This document shows positions 19,894 through 31,232 of a DNA stretch of 37,398 nt, piece after piece. Below the pieces are notes generated by a model. That model saw only the letters and a list, made by a program, of their open reading frames with translations, did not search any database and had not been told where the DNA came from. How positions within the stretch are numbered: position 1 is the first letter of the stretch; every line of letters starts with the position of its first letter. The position numbers and the translations under genes were made by a program. Where the stretch lies: contig JAADVB010000189.1 in assembly GCA_023334545.1 (NCBI GenBank), positions 1-37,398 on the forward strand, written 5' to 3'. The stretch comes from Salisapilia sapeloensis CBS 127946. Taxonomy: Eukaryota; Protista; Oomycota.

Positions 19894-21819
19894 ATGCAGC
19901 GATATCTTCGTCCTAGCACTACCCGTCAACATCTTGTACGCTCCGTTCGCTACTTTAGCAGCAACGACTACGTCCAGAACACGACGATCCCAACGTTCCA
20001 CTTCCAAAAGAGTCTTCCTCGTCTCCCAGTCCCGAAACTCGACGACACGCTCCGTCGATACTTGGACTCGGTGGAACCTGTCGTATCTCCGGATCAATTC
20101 AAAGAAGCCAAAGCTGCCGTGGAGAAATTCCGTACAAACCAAGGTCCAGAACTCCAACAAGCTCTTATCGCTCGTGACGATGCGCACAAGCACACTTCCT
20201 ATATCAACAAGTGGTGGGGTGAAATGTACTTACAAGACCGTCGCGCCCTTCCAATCAACTACAATCCTCAGATTAAGCTCAAGGAAGATCCAGTGGCTGC
20301 TAAAAATGCGCAAAACCAACGTGCAGCTTCGCTCATTGCGTCCTCCGTTCGTGTCTTTCGAACACTTCGTGACGGACGACTCGAACCGGACTTGTTTAGC
20401 TTAAAACCAGACATCTCTAGTAGCAATGCGTTCAAGTATTTTTGTAAATTCTTGCCGGAATCTGTCTCATTCTACGGCGCCGCAGCACTTAGCTCGTATC
20501 CGCTCGATATGAGTCAATATGAACACTTATTCGCATCGACTCGTATCCCTCGAGAGATGGAGGATGAGCTACAGAAGTTTAACGACACTCGACACATTGT
20601 CGTGCAACGTGGGAGTCGATTCTACAAGTTCGATGTGCTGAATGAAGACGGGAGTCAAGTCCCTGACGAACAAGTTCTCGCGCACGTCGACTCGATCCTC
20701 CAAGAGCCTTTGCAATTGAGCTCCAAGGAAGAGCCTGGAATGGGGCTCATGACGACGTTAAAGCGAGATGAATGGAACAACGCTAGGCAAGAGCTCTTGG
20801 CATCCGGTGATGTGAATAAAGAATCACTCAAGGCGATCGACAGCGCTCTCTTCCTCGTCTGCCTTGACCACGAGTCACCGACGACTCGACCAGAGTACGG
20901 TCGTCGGTTCCTCGTTGGTGATGGCGCCAACCATTGGTTTGATAAGAGCATCCAACTCATCGTCGCAGCTAATGGCGCAGCGTCCGTCAACTTTGAACAT
21001 GCATGGGGTGACGGTGTCGCTGTCGTGCGTTTCTTGAACGAACTTTTTACGGATAGTATCTCTCGTCCTGTCCTAACTTCCTCCTCTTCTGCTCCATCGC
21101 ATGAATTAACGTGGCAACTAAATGATAAGTCGAAGAAGTCGCTTGTCGATGCTCACGAGACGTTTGCCAAGTGGAACGATCGATTGCTCTTTGAAGCTGC
21201 TGAGACACCAGTGTCCAAGGCCATTGGGAAGCAGTACAAGATCGGAACGGATGGGATCATGCAGCTAGCCATTCAACTCGCACACTTCCGTCTGCATCAG
21301 AACTTTGTCTCGACGTACGAAAGTGCTAGCACAGCAGCCTTCCGTCATGGTCGAACGGAGACGGTACGATCATGTACGAATGAAGGTGTCGACTTTGTCA
21401 AGACCATGGTTGATGCCAGTGCTTCCAACGCTGATAAGGAACAAGCCTTGCGTACAGCCGTAAAGAAGCATAGTGAGCTGACGAAGAATGGGGTCATGGG
21501 CCAAGGGTTTGATCGACACCTCTTTGCTTTGCAAAAGATGGCAGAGCTGGAAGGACAGCCAACGCCGGAGATCTTCAAGACACCAGCTCATGCTGTCATG
21601 AGCCACATTATCATCTCCACGAGCACATTGACCAGTCCAGCGTTGGAAGGTGGTAGCTTTGGTCCCGTGAATGAAGACTGCTACGGCATTGGCTATGGCA
21701 TCGCAGAGGAAGGTTCACTCTTCCAAGTGTCCAGCTATCGTCAGGACTTGCCGGATCTGACCAATCTCTTGGCACAAAGTGTCATGGACATTGAAAAGGT
21801 GCTTGCGAATAAAGACTAA
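19894..21819 (+). CDS. CPT2: Carnitine O-palmitoyltransferase 2, mitochondrial (~641 aa)
   Basis: Arg/Ser-rich transit peptide (MQRYLRPSTTRQHLVRSVRYFS), then TFHFQKSLPRLPVPKLDDTLRRYL, NHWFDKSIQLIV, catalytic FEHAWGDGVAV, STYESASTAAFRHGRTETVR and GQGFDRHLFAL. Confidence 0.95.
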   Translation: MQRYLRPSTTRQHLVRSVRYFSSNDYVQNTTIPTFHFQKSLPRLPVPKLDDTLRRYLDSVEPVVSPDQFKEAKAAVEKFRTNQGPELQQALIARDDAHKHTSYINKWWGEMYLQDRRALPINYNPQIKLKEDPVAAKNAQNQRAASLIASSVRVFRTLRDGRLEPDLFSLKPDISSSNAFKYFCKFLPESVSFYGAAALSSYPLDMSQYEHLFASTRIPREMEDELQKFNDTRHIVVQRGSRFYKFDVLNEDGSQVPDEQVLAHVDSILQEPLQLSSKEEPGMGLMTTLKRDEWNNARQELLASGDVNKESLKAIDSALFLVCLDHESPTTRPEYGRRFLVGDGANHWFDKSIQLIVAANGAASVNFEHAWGDGVAVVRFLNELFTDSISRPVLTSSSSAPSHELTWQLNDKSKKSLVDAHETFAKWNDRLLFEAAETPVSKAIGKQYKIGTDGIMQLAIQLAHFRLHQNFVSTYESASTAAFRHGRTETVRSCTNEGVDFVKTMVDASASNADKEQALRTAVKKHSELTKNGVMGQGFDRHLFALQKMAELEGQPTPEIFKTPAHAVMSHIIISTSTLTSPALEGGSFGPVNEDCYGIGYGIAEEGSLFQVSSYRQDLPDLTNLLAQSVMDIEKVLANKD

Positions 21820-21861
21820 ACGAATACAAAAGTCATGGTGAAAAGATTTTCTTCTTGTTGT

Positions 21862-23515
21862 TTATCGTCGTCGAGGTTGCTTTGGACTTCGAGATCGTCC
21901 TGCTTCCGATGGTCGGTCACTACTACCTCGTTTACGAGAGTCATCTCGACTAGTATTCGATGGATTCGTAGGTGGAGCATTCGAGCTGTAAGGTTTTCGG
22001 CTTCGATTCGCATGTTCACCTGATGTCGGACGGTCATTTCGACCACGAGCATCTCGAGATGGAGGATGTTGGTTGCGATTATTACGAGGTGGATTCTCAC
22101 GACGATCACGATTATCATGACGATTCGCATTATGCGGACTCGTGCGACTGGTATTCGAGTCAGGAGGTTTAATCGCAGCATCAGAAGTGTCTTTACGTGT
22201 CTTCCACGGAAGATTCTCTTCCGTCACAGGCTCCACTGTCTGCGTACGGAACGACACAGGTTCCTTTCCTGGTTCATCAAACGCCCAGTCACGTGGCTCT
22301 GGCTCCTATTGTGCTTATTAAAGAGATAGTAGATCATACTAGATACATATAAACGTACGATTTCTTTAAAGTATTCATGCTGGAGAGCATCCTTGGCAGT
22401 TATTCGTACCTCTGGATCTACTCTTCACGTCAATACACTTGCCTAGATGCATGTATAGGTAGGTCGTACCATATTCCAATAGACGAGAGATGAGGTCTAA
22501 GAGAGCTGCACCTCCACGTCCAGCACCACTGTTCAAGACGTTCTTAAGCTCCGATTGCGTCGGATACTTCCTCTCACGTCCCATCTGCATCACTTGTGGA
22601 TACTCTGGTAGTTTGTCCATTCCTTTCCAGCTCTGTGGCGTCGGCATCCCCAAGACTTTAAAGATTTTATCCAACTGATAATTCTGAAATGGCGCGTTAT
22701 TCCCTTCCACCTCTTTCCCACAAAACAATTCTCTCGAGTTTACAATCTCGGCAAAGATACATCCGACAGCCCACATGTCCACTGCCTTTGTATAGTGTTT
22801 CGCACCTAGTAATAGCTCTGGTGCTCGATACCAGAGTGTCACGACGACACGCTCCACGTCTGAAAGAGCTTTAATCGGTTCCTTATACACTCGTGCCAGA
22901 CCGAAATCTATCTCGAGAGATTAATACGATTGATAACATTGTATGGTAGATACATGTACCTCCTAATTTCACTTGCCCACGTTTACGTCCGTGTCCGACG
23001 ACAAGGATATTCTGCGGCTTCATATCTCGATGCATGACCCACGAATCGTGCATATAGTCCACACCTTTAAGTATCTGATACATCAGCGATTTCTTCGTGT
23101 ACTCGGACAATTTCTTCTGTTTGCTTTGCAAAATGATGTCGTGGAGATCATGATCGCCGTATTCAAATACTAGAGCAAGCGTCTTATCTCGAGGATCGAC
23201 GTGAACGTCATGCAAATGCATGATGTTGTCGTGCTGGAGCTCTCGAAGGAGCTTAATCTCACGCACAGTCGCACTGGAGAGCACGACGTCGTTCGCACCT
23301 TCCTTATGAGGCTTGACGACCTTGACGGCAAATGTCATGGGCTCTTCATCTTCTGGGGCGTTCCCACTGGATGATGTCGAGCCTGGACGAGGAAGCACCG
23401 CGGACGAGAGACCTTCAGCTTTATACACTAAACCATACGTTCCTTCCCCAATTTTACCCAGAATCTTATACTTGTCCGTAAACGTTTCTGGTCGTCTTAA
23501 AGCCGTTCGACGCAT
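21862..23515 (-). CDS. CDK8: Cyclin-dependent kinase 8 (Mediator kinase) (~498 aa; join 23515-22960, 22907-22470, 22417-22359, 22305-21862)
   Basis: IGEGTYGLVYKA, SATVREIKLLRELQH, HRDMKPQNILV, spliced KLGDFGLAR, VVVTLWYRAPELLLGAKHYTKAVDMWAVGCIFAE and spliced EYDPEVRITAKDALQHEYF. Introns of 52, 52 and 53 nt. Confidence 0.9.
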
Positions 23516-23746
23516 CGTTCCTAGACACGAGTACACTCGACGAGGCCAAGGCACAGTAGCTGTCCGCGCCTTATTGTCCGATGCTTACTCCATCCACATA
23601 ACATCAATACTAATAACACATCCTTGCTCTGCATGTTGTATGCTCGTTACTAGCGACACACCATTTTACTAATCTGCACTTTACACTTGGGCTGAGTATC
23701 CTCCAGAGACACAGAAAACGGCTTGTCGTATTGCAAAAACACCCGA

Positions 23747-24621
23747 ATGAAGTACTTGGAAGAGCTCCCGCTTACGGGCTTGAACGCCCACTTGGGGCAC
23801 TATGAACTTGGCGATCGACTCCTTAGTTGCAAGTTAGAAGCGTACTCGTGTAAGAAAGCTGGGAGTGCAAAACGACTTGCAAAATCACTCGAGCATTCGT
23901 ACCAGCAGGAGATTAGTACGAGCTATAGTTATGGCAGTCTCCCCGAGGAGACTTGCTTACCTTCGTCCCTCGGATCGATATCCCAGCCGGCGACGAGAAA
24001 ACTGCTCATCGACCTCATCTCGACCATGAACGCTAGTTTCCCAGACTATGACTTTAGCACCGTGCGACCAGAACAGTTCGTCAAAGAAGCTGATTATCGA
24101 CGAGCTGTGCAGGGTATTAACCACGATTTGGCCGAGCTTATTGATCAAGAAGGTCCTGGCTTTGTCGAGAAGATGTGGGGTGCCATTCACCAAGTCATGA
24201 ATCTCGACGAGTGCGAGGTGTATTCCTATCTCCCCGACATGGATAGCGATCCTTTTAGCGACGGCACCTTGTATGATACTTGTTGATATACTAGAAGAAG
24301 AGGAGCTCATATATATCGTAGATGGTCCTTTAACTACTTTTTCTACAACCGGTCGCAACGGAAAATTCTCTACTTTACGTGCATGGCCAAAGGGTACGTT
24401 GTATACGATAAGTAGACACTTGTCAGTCATTCATGCTGGTCGTAGACTCTCATATGATGATGACATGGATGACGAAATGATGGATGAACGCCAGTCCTCC
24501 GATGGAGATGACAGCGCTGGCGTCGCGGACTACTTCGGCATGTCTCCAGACTGGTACGTTCCTACTTGCCAATCGATACGAAAGCATTTCTAACATGAAT
24601 CTTAGGGAAGATGGAGCTTGA
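23747..24621 (+). CDS. MAF1: MAF1, repressor of RNA polymerase III (~239 aa; join 23747-24270, 24322-24393, 24446-24553, 24606-24621)
   Basis: MKYLE, KLEAYSCKKAG, LISTMNASFPDYDFS, CEVYSYLPD..DPF and the spliced LWSFNYFFYN motif, followed by an acidic tail. Introns of 51, 52 and 52 nt. Confidence 0.93.
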
Positions 24622-24783
24622 TTCCTTATCCACGTTCGTATCCCACTACTTTTCATTTCGTCCGACAGTTTTCCTTGTTTCCATAAAGCCAATACGATAC
24701 GGACATTTCTTTTTCTCCTTTGAACAAACATAAATTTTTCATCTCTTACATGTCTCCTCTTCACAAATGACAGTAGCATACAA

Positions 24784-25764
24784 TTACTTGGGAGGTGCAA
24801 GTACAGTAACTGGGAACTCGATCTTCATCGATTCTCCATAGTTCATCTCACACTCGACTTCGAGACGATAGGAACACGAGACAAAGTTTCCTCTTGTCGA
24901 CGGATTCTCTGCGTCTTCCACAATCGCTACTTCCAATGGATCTTCAAACGTATCTCCTGCCTTGGGTCCAAATGCGTACTGATGGTCCACACACACAGAG
25001 CTCGAGAGATCGTTGGAGGCATGCGGGACGCTGCTGTAGACAGCGACGTCTTGGTAAAGTCGAACGTGGACGTGTTTCACGTTCACGGTGGACTCGTTCC
25101 CGATCACGCAGTCGACCATGATGGTATCTCCTAATGTAAATCGACTCTTGCGAATTGTAGCAGCAAAGTGGCATGTGCCAGCGGAGAAACAACGGAAGAG
25201 TCGAATGACTTTCGAGATCGTCTGCTCCATCGGGTCAGACTGCGTAACAGCGGACCTCGGATGCTTGTTCGCGATGGCGTGCGGAAGTTTGGGCTGAATC
25301 GTCAGTTCCATCGTCTGATAAATGTCCGATGAGTGGTCCGTCTTCACACGAATCTTGGCTTGGAGCGTATACTTGATGGTCAAGTGAATCCTTGTATTCG
25401 GTACCGGGGATGAGACTACGTCGACACCGACAGGTATGTCGGACGGAAGGATGACGTGGAACGGGTAAAGGTATTCGCCGGTGATGCATGGAGAAGGTAA
25501 CGCAGTCACGAGCACTGGTTGGTGGAGGAACTCCTGGTACCTCGAATGATGGTTATCACCGACGGTCCATTGTGCAATTTCTTCTCCGACGAGGACCAAT
25601 TCCAGAGGTTCGCACTGAATCGTATTGCGGATGGTTACGCATAGCGTGCCTGTGACAGCATCGCCAGCTCGCAAGTTTTCGTTATCGAGCTTGATATTCA
25701 GTGAGCCACATACACCCAGCTCTAGCAATTCCTCCGAGGTTTTCCCCGAAGCTGTTTGGGACAT
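24784..25764 (-). CDS. Alpha-arrestin (arrestin N and C domain) protein (~326 aa)
   Basis: LRAGDAVTGTLCV, GEYLYPFHVILPSDIP, IKYTLQAKI, FTLGDTIMVDCVIGNESTVNVKHV and VSCSYRLEVEC..IEFPVTV are typical arrestin-fold strands. Confidence 0.82.
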   Translation of the reverse strand: MSQTASGKTSEELLELGVCGSLNIKLDNENLRAGDAVTGTLCVTIRNTIQCEPLELVLVGEEIAQWTVGDNHHSRYQEFLHQPVLVTALPSPCITGEYLYPFHVILPSDIPVGVDVVSSPVPNTRIHLTIKYTLQAKIRVKTDHSSDIYQTMELTIQPKLPHAIANKHPRSAVTQSDPMEQTISKVIRLFRCFSAGTCHFAATIRKSRFTLGDTIMVDCVIGNESTVNVKHVHVRLYQDVAVYSSVPHASNDLSSSVCVDHQYAFGPKAGDTFEDPLEVAIVEDAENPSTRGNFVSCSYRLEVECEMNYGESMKIEFPVTVLAPPK

Positions 25765-26248
25765 GGTCGTCGAATGGAATCCTAAAGTACACACCGATCG
25801 ATTCGATCCGTTCGAATCGGTATTAGGGCCGAAGTTCAGATCACAATGCAACGACAATGCCAATCGTTATTTGTTTAAAAAAAGAGTACCCATATGACTC
25901 ATTGATGTGGATGTGCATCCAAATGCTAATGCTCTTTCTGACGATCGACAGACACGAACACAAGTACTCAAGCGCTTTTACAGACTGACGGTACATCAAG
26001 TGGGCATTGACACTGTGCGATTGTCACTCCGGCTTTGTGAATACCTTGCATACAGTATCTTTCACCTTTGATCCGCCCACCTTGTCGACTACGCCGTATA
26101 GATTACTCACTGATCTGTCTTGACTTGAATCAAGTATGGGATGGACTGCGGAACGAGGTCAGTGGATCGACTTACCGCCACATGCTATTCCGTGTCCGTT
26201 TGTACTCAAAAGCTATCTGATGCACTCGTCTATTGGTCCGTGTTGAGG

Positions 26249-26260
26249 TCATTTCAACTC
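26249..26260 (+). promoter_or_regulatory. Oomycete-type initiator TCATTTCAACTC (reverse CCAAT at ~26232) for GH17
   Basis: YCATTYY match ~60 nt upstream of the ATG at 26311. Confidence 0.5.
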
Positions 26261-26310
26261 TTTCCATTTAGAGACCACTTCGCCGCTACGACGCGACTCG
26301 AATTACTACC

Positions 26311-27993
26311 ATGAAAGTCATGACTTGGACCTTATCTGCCGTTGCGGCACTTATGCTTGCTTCCACCGTCGATGCCGAAGGTGTCTGCTACGACCCGGAC
26401 CACGTTTCTGGTAAGAGCACGCAGTCCGTCCAAACTGATATGGCCGAGCTCAAGCAACGAGGCTTCAATCACGTCCGAACGTACATCTCCAAGTTTGGTA
26501 ACACAAACCTCGGAGACGCGATCGTCGGTTCAGGACTTACGGCCATGCTTGGTGTCCCGTACCCGAACGGTGACTACCGAGACCAGATGGAAGCTGCCAT
26601 CTCGACCGCTAACAAGGGTGGCGTCGATGTGATCATGGTTGGTAACGAGAACTTGGCTGGAGCTGGATCGGTCCCTGGTGATATGATTTCCGTCATTCAG
26701 GAGGTCAAGAGCCGTGTCGGTGGAAACGTGAAGGTTGGCACCGTCCAGCGGAACACCGAGTTCCTGGAAAGTAACTCCGTTGCGGGTTTCGACAAGCTCG
26801 TCGAAGCCTGTGATGTCGTCGGTGTGAACATCCACCCGTTCTTCACGCCAGGCACCCAGGCCGATAAAGCCATTGACGTCACGGACACCCAGTGGAACGC
26901 CATTCTATCGGGTGGTTTGCCTGACATTCGCAATAAGTTGTATCTGACTGAGACTGGATGGCCATCGTCTGGTTCTACGGGAGGAAACAATGGTACGCCG
27001 CAAGGTGCTGCTACCTACTTTAACTCGTACCAGCAGTGGAGCCAAAGCATTGCTGACGACAAGAAGTACTACTTCCAAATGTACGACGTCCCGAGTCGTA
27101 GTCAACAATACGAGAAGACATTCGGTCTCTTGACGGCGAACGGACAGGACAAATACACGAATGCTGCCTATGCCTCCGCTACGGCTCAAACTCAAGACCA
27201 GACTCGTGCAGAAACGCCTGAGCAGACCCCAGCGGAAACTCCCACGGAAGCTCCCACGGAAGCCCCAACAGAAGCCCCAACAGAAGCCCCGACGGAAGCC
27301 CCGACGGATGCGCCTACAGAAACCCCAGTGGTAGAGCCTGCAAATTCTGCTACGGAAGCACTTACCGACGCTTCCAAGGACGCTACCACGAAAACGATTA
27401 CGGACGCTACCACGGAGTCGGCGGCGGATGACTCCACCGATGAACCGACCCCAGCTCCATCGGTAGCTCCGACTGACGCCTCCACTACTTCTGCTGAATC
27501 CAGTGGAGCTTCTGTTGATGTCCCCTCTGAAGGCTCATCGGGTTACTCTTCCACAGGTTTCAACACGACGGACGCTACGTCTGTTGATGCCGACAACGCC
27601 AGCGCTTCGTCGAGCGTAGACCTGCCTACCACTAGCTACTCTCAAGGAGAAACAACTGCTAACGAAGCTGATCCTGCTACCACTGCTACTGGAACGAGCT
27701 ACGCGGCCACAGCCGATGATGCTGCGAATGCGAACAAGGTTGGCGACAGCTCCCCCACAGAGGCTGCTTCGGGCGCCAACGAGGCGAACACGCAGAGCAG
27801 TGGAGCCACCACTGGCACTACTGTCGGTGTCGTGGTCGGATGTGGCGCTGCGGCTGCGATGGCTGCCTTTGGTTTCATCTACCAGGCTCGTCGTAAGGCC
27901 AAGCAGCTGGAGGAAGAAGAAGAGCAGTGGGGAGCCGACGGGATGGGAGACCACGGTGCTTTAGCGACACCGACGGCGACACCCATGCTGTAA
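26311..27993 (+). CDS. Secreted, membrane-anchored glycoside hydrolase family 17 (beta-1,3-glucanase/glucanosyltransferase) with mucin-like stalk
   Basis: Signal peptide and GH17 barrel with both catalytic Glu (MVGNEN, LTETGWPS), then PTEA repeats, a Ser/Thr-rich stalk, a TM helix (VGVVVGCGAAAAMAAFGFIY) and a short cytosolic tail. Confidence 0.9.
   Translation: MKVMTWTLSAVAALMLASTVDAEGVCYDPDHVSGKSTQSVQTDMAELKQRGFNHVRTYISKFGNTNLGDAIVGSGLTAMLGVPYPNGDYRDQMEAAISTANKGGVDVIMVGNENLAGAGSVPGDMISVIQEVKSRVGGNVKVGTVQRNTEFLESNSVAGFDKLVEACDVVGVNIHPFFTPGTQADKAIDVTDTQWNAILSGGLPDIRNKLYLTETGWPSSGSTGGNNGTPQGAATYFNSYQQWSQSIADDKKYYFQMYDVPSRSQQYEKTFGLLTANGQDKYTNAAYASATAQTQDQTRAETPEQTPAETPTEAPTEAPTEAPTEAPTEAPTDAPTETPVVEPANSATEALTDASKDATTKTITDATTESAADDSTDEPTPAPSVAPTDASTTSAESSGASVDVPSEGSSGYSSTGFNTTDATSVDADNASASSSVDLPTTSYSQGETTANEADPATTATGTSYAATADDAANANKVGDSSPTEAASGANEANTQSSGATTGTTVGVVVGCGAAAAMAAFGFIYQARRKAKQLEEEEEQWGADGMGDHGALATPTATPML
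27229..27326 (+). repeat. 12-bp coding tandem repeat (PTEA) in the GH17 stalk
   Basis: CCCACGGAAGCT/CCAACAGAAGCC-type units encoding PTEA x5 plus PTDA and PTET variants. Confidence 0.9.
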
Positions 27994-28264
27994 GCATGAA
28001 GACAATTTTGCTGACAAGAGACCGCGTGAAACAGTTTTGCGGATGAACGGGTAGGAAGTGAACTGCTCTTGCATCTTTTACAATAGGACGTATACTTTAC
28101 AAGGAAACGCTTATTGTACATGCCTTTTGATTCCTATCCTTTTACTATTTTCTATGACCATGTGATTCTTATAATCAAGGAACGAAGTCAAGGTTGTAAG
28201 TGACATGTGCACCATTTCATGTTATCATACACATATCGAGTCAAAGGTTGATAGAAGTCGTGCG

Positions 28265-29667
28265 TTAACCAGTCTGCGATGTTATCTGTGGTGTCTCTGT
28301 CGATGGAGTTTGTGGAGTGTTGTCGGATGTCTCCGTTGGAACCTGTGAACTGGTAACTTCAGGATCTCGGTGATTTTCTTTCGAAGTTTCTACTGTCTCG
28401 CCAATTGCTTTAAGTGATAAGGACGGAGCTGAGGCAGATCCAGCTAAGGTTTCCTCACCGGCTTTCGATCCATTTTTGTCTACCTCCGACTGAGCAATCG
28501 TTTCAAGTAAATTGCTCGACTGCCGTTTTGCAGACGAAAAGGTGAGCCCACGAACAGCCTTCGCGGCCATTACACCAGCTCGGAAACGACGTCGAGCATT
28601 GTACCGCTTCATCTCGGCTGAGAAGTGCGGTAAAGCTTCGTCATTAACTTCATCCAGTTTCTAAATGAAAAGCATCAGTACGACAAATCTGTCCACAAAA
28701 ATGAGAAGATGTACCGAAATCCAAGGATGATTGAGTACTTCCTGAGCCGTATATCTCTTCTTCGGATCGACAACGAGTAGTCTTGCGATAAAATCCTTGG
28801 CTGAAGTCGACACAGAGTCCCAGTACGGAGACGGAAAGTCGTAAATACCAGACTTGATTGACGCAAACAAAGCAGCATTGTTTTCATCGTAGAACGGAGG
28901 AAAGCCACATAGACTAGGAGTGAAAGGATGGTAAGAAGTTACAACGGACAAGCAAATAAATCGAGGTAAAACTTACAGAATGTACGCGATGACACCAAGA
29001 CTCCACATGTCAACTTCAGCATCATACGGTCTACCTTCTAAAACTTCTGGAGCTACGTAGCCTGGAGTACCACAAGCCGTCTGCATCAATGACTCGCCGC
29101 GAACGAGTTTGGCAAGCCCAAAGTCTGCTATTTTAATTTCAGCATCTTCCTCTGTCGATGAATAGAGAAGGTTTTCTGGTTTCAAATCACGATGGGCAAT
29201 TCCCTTTTGATGGCAGTACAATAATGCATGTGAAAGCTTTTTAACAACTCCACTAGCTTCACGTTCAGAGTACTTTTCCTTCTCAACGATACGATCGAAG
29301 AGCTCTCCTCCCGTCATCTCTTCCATAACCATATAGAAAGTTTTATTGCAATCGAAAACCTCGCGAAGCTTTACGATGTTCGCATGGTCTAGAAGCTGAA
29401 GTACCTCTACTTCCACTCTCAATGCTTCTTCATCTTCTGATGTCAGACTAGCCTTATCAATGCACTTGATCGCCCAATGACTATTATCCGATTTGTTCAC
29501 GGCACTTTTAACCGTTGCAAAGCTCCCCCTATATGGACATGAATACAACGATGTGATAGATATTCATCTAAATGCACGAACGTTCCAAGCGTCTTGCCAA
29601 GTTTGTAGTATTTGCTGCACTCATCTCGCTTATAAAAGTCCGTCACCTTCTTAATGATCTGGGACAT
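28265..29667 (-). CDS. Ca2+/calmodulin-dependent protein kinase (CaMK1-like) (~410 aa; join 29667-29582, 29528-28977, 28913-28715, 28660-28265)
   Basis: Spliced LGTGSFATV, HRDLKPENLL, IADFGLAK, TACGTPGYVAPE and LLCGFPPFY, then the autoinhibitory/CaM-binding helix MKRYNARRRFRAGVMAAKAV. No EF hands. Introns of 53, 63 and 54 nt. Confidence 0.9.
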
Positions 29668-29864
29668 CCTTCGTCACGTGAAAGGTCTACAAGTGAATGA
29701 AATCGTTTCATCAATCATATCTCGCCTTCATGTACTATAAATATATCTTGTACTTGTAAAACGGATAATTAATGATCCTAGATACTTTTCCAAAAATGTG
29801 TTTTATTTCGGAAACTTTTATCATCCAAGTGACCTAATAGATACGACCGTATTCACTTGCAACT

Positions 29865-31098
29865 TTAGTACGGCTTGGACGACTTACGTGCCTTCTTCAG
29901 TCCTGCCGGATCTCCTTTCGATTTCTTCTTCTTCGACTTGATGGAAGTTCCGGACGGCACGGACACTGGACTCCACTTGCACAAACGAGAATCTTCACCA
30001 CCAGTGTAGAGAGACTGTCGCTGTGGGTCGTAGTATGCAGATCGGACGCAAGCTTTATGACCACCTTGCAACGAACCAACGTGCCCTAATTGCTGTTGCT
30101 GGTTAAACGGATTGACGCCAACGACGTGTAGCTGGCCGTCGTGGTTTCCAGACAGGAGGAAGAGCTCATCGCTTTGTTGGTCGTAGATACAGTCAACGAG
30201 GTAGTCCGTTGGTAGTCCATTGTCATTGCAATCCTCTCGGATCCGATCGAAATGGTGGAGTCTTTGCGCCGTCTGCAAGTTCCACAGATCCAACGTCTCG
30301 GAGCCAGTAAGACAGAAGACGTTTTCCATCTCCTGGCCGAAGAAACCAATGTGTGAAACTGCTGATTCAGCATTCAAGATGGATTCTAACGCATCTTCTT
30401 CTTCGGGAATAGTGCAGTCAAAGAAGCATACGATGCCGTCTTCCGACGCCGTGACGACAAAGGAAGGACGAGTTGGATGGAACCGAACGCGAGTGACAGC
30501 GTCCAAATGACTTTCACCATACTCTCCAAGCTTCTTGCCTGTACGCACATCAAAGAAGTGGGCATTGTCGTTCGTACCAGCTACTAACAACGTATCGCCA
30601 CGTCCGACTGATAGACTCCAGACTTCACTACCGACGTTCACAGGCAATGCTGGTTGGGCACAAGAGGTACGTAGATCCCATAGGTTTACAAAATGATCAC
30701 TAGAACAACTTGCAAGGTTGTAAGGCGTCGTCTCGGATGCCCATAGCTCATTTACGACATTCTGATGAGCTACAAACTAGATGGACAGTAAGCAAAGGAC
30801 GAGCGTAATGCATAACTAATGCAAACAGTACCTCCATGTCCAGTGCAAGTGTCTCCTTGTTGCGTAGCTGTATACGATTATTGGATAGCGCCACTGCTAG
30901 TGGTCCATCACCAGCAGTCGATTTGCTATGTCATGCCAATCAACTTTTAACTCTTCATATATTCCAAGTGCATCATCCAAATTACCAATCAAGCAAGTAT
31001 TCATAGTCATAATCTTCACTCAACGCACTTTGCTGTCCAAAATGTGCCACCGCTGTCTGAGCAAGCGAGAAACCTCCATTCGTCAGTGCGTCACGCAT
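29865..31098 (-). CDS. WDR89: WD40-repeat protein, WDR89-like (~372 aa; join 31098-30986, 30925-30832, 30776-29865)
   Basis: LAVALSNN, LASCSSDHFVNLWDLR, GEYGESHLDAVTRVRFHP, TASEDGIVCFFD and LYTGGEDSRLCKW, with a basic tail. Introns of 60 and 55 nt keep the frame. Confidence 0.8.
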
Positions 31099-31232
31099 CG
31101 TCCGCCAAAGCTTATCAAGTCGTGTCCATTCACTATTTTCCACCACTTCATCAACTAATTCCACACCTTTCTCTTTCCTACTCTTTCGTTTCGTTCATAC
31201 CAATCTTTCATTCCCTTTAGAGCAACATGCAT

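Noticed and set aside
21816-22181. Hydrophobic 121-aa ORF (MLRLNLLTRIPVARVRIMRIV..)
   Set aside because: Alternate reading of the repetitive CDK8 tail.
27229-27326. Regular repeats as a possible CRISPR-like array
   Set aside because: In-frame 12-bp coding repeats with no spacers, inside a eukaryotic gene.
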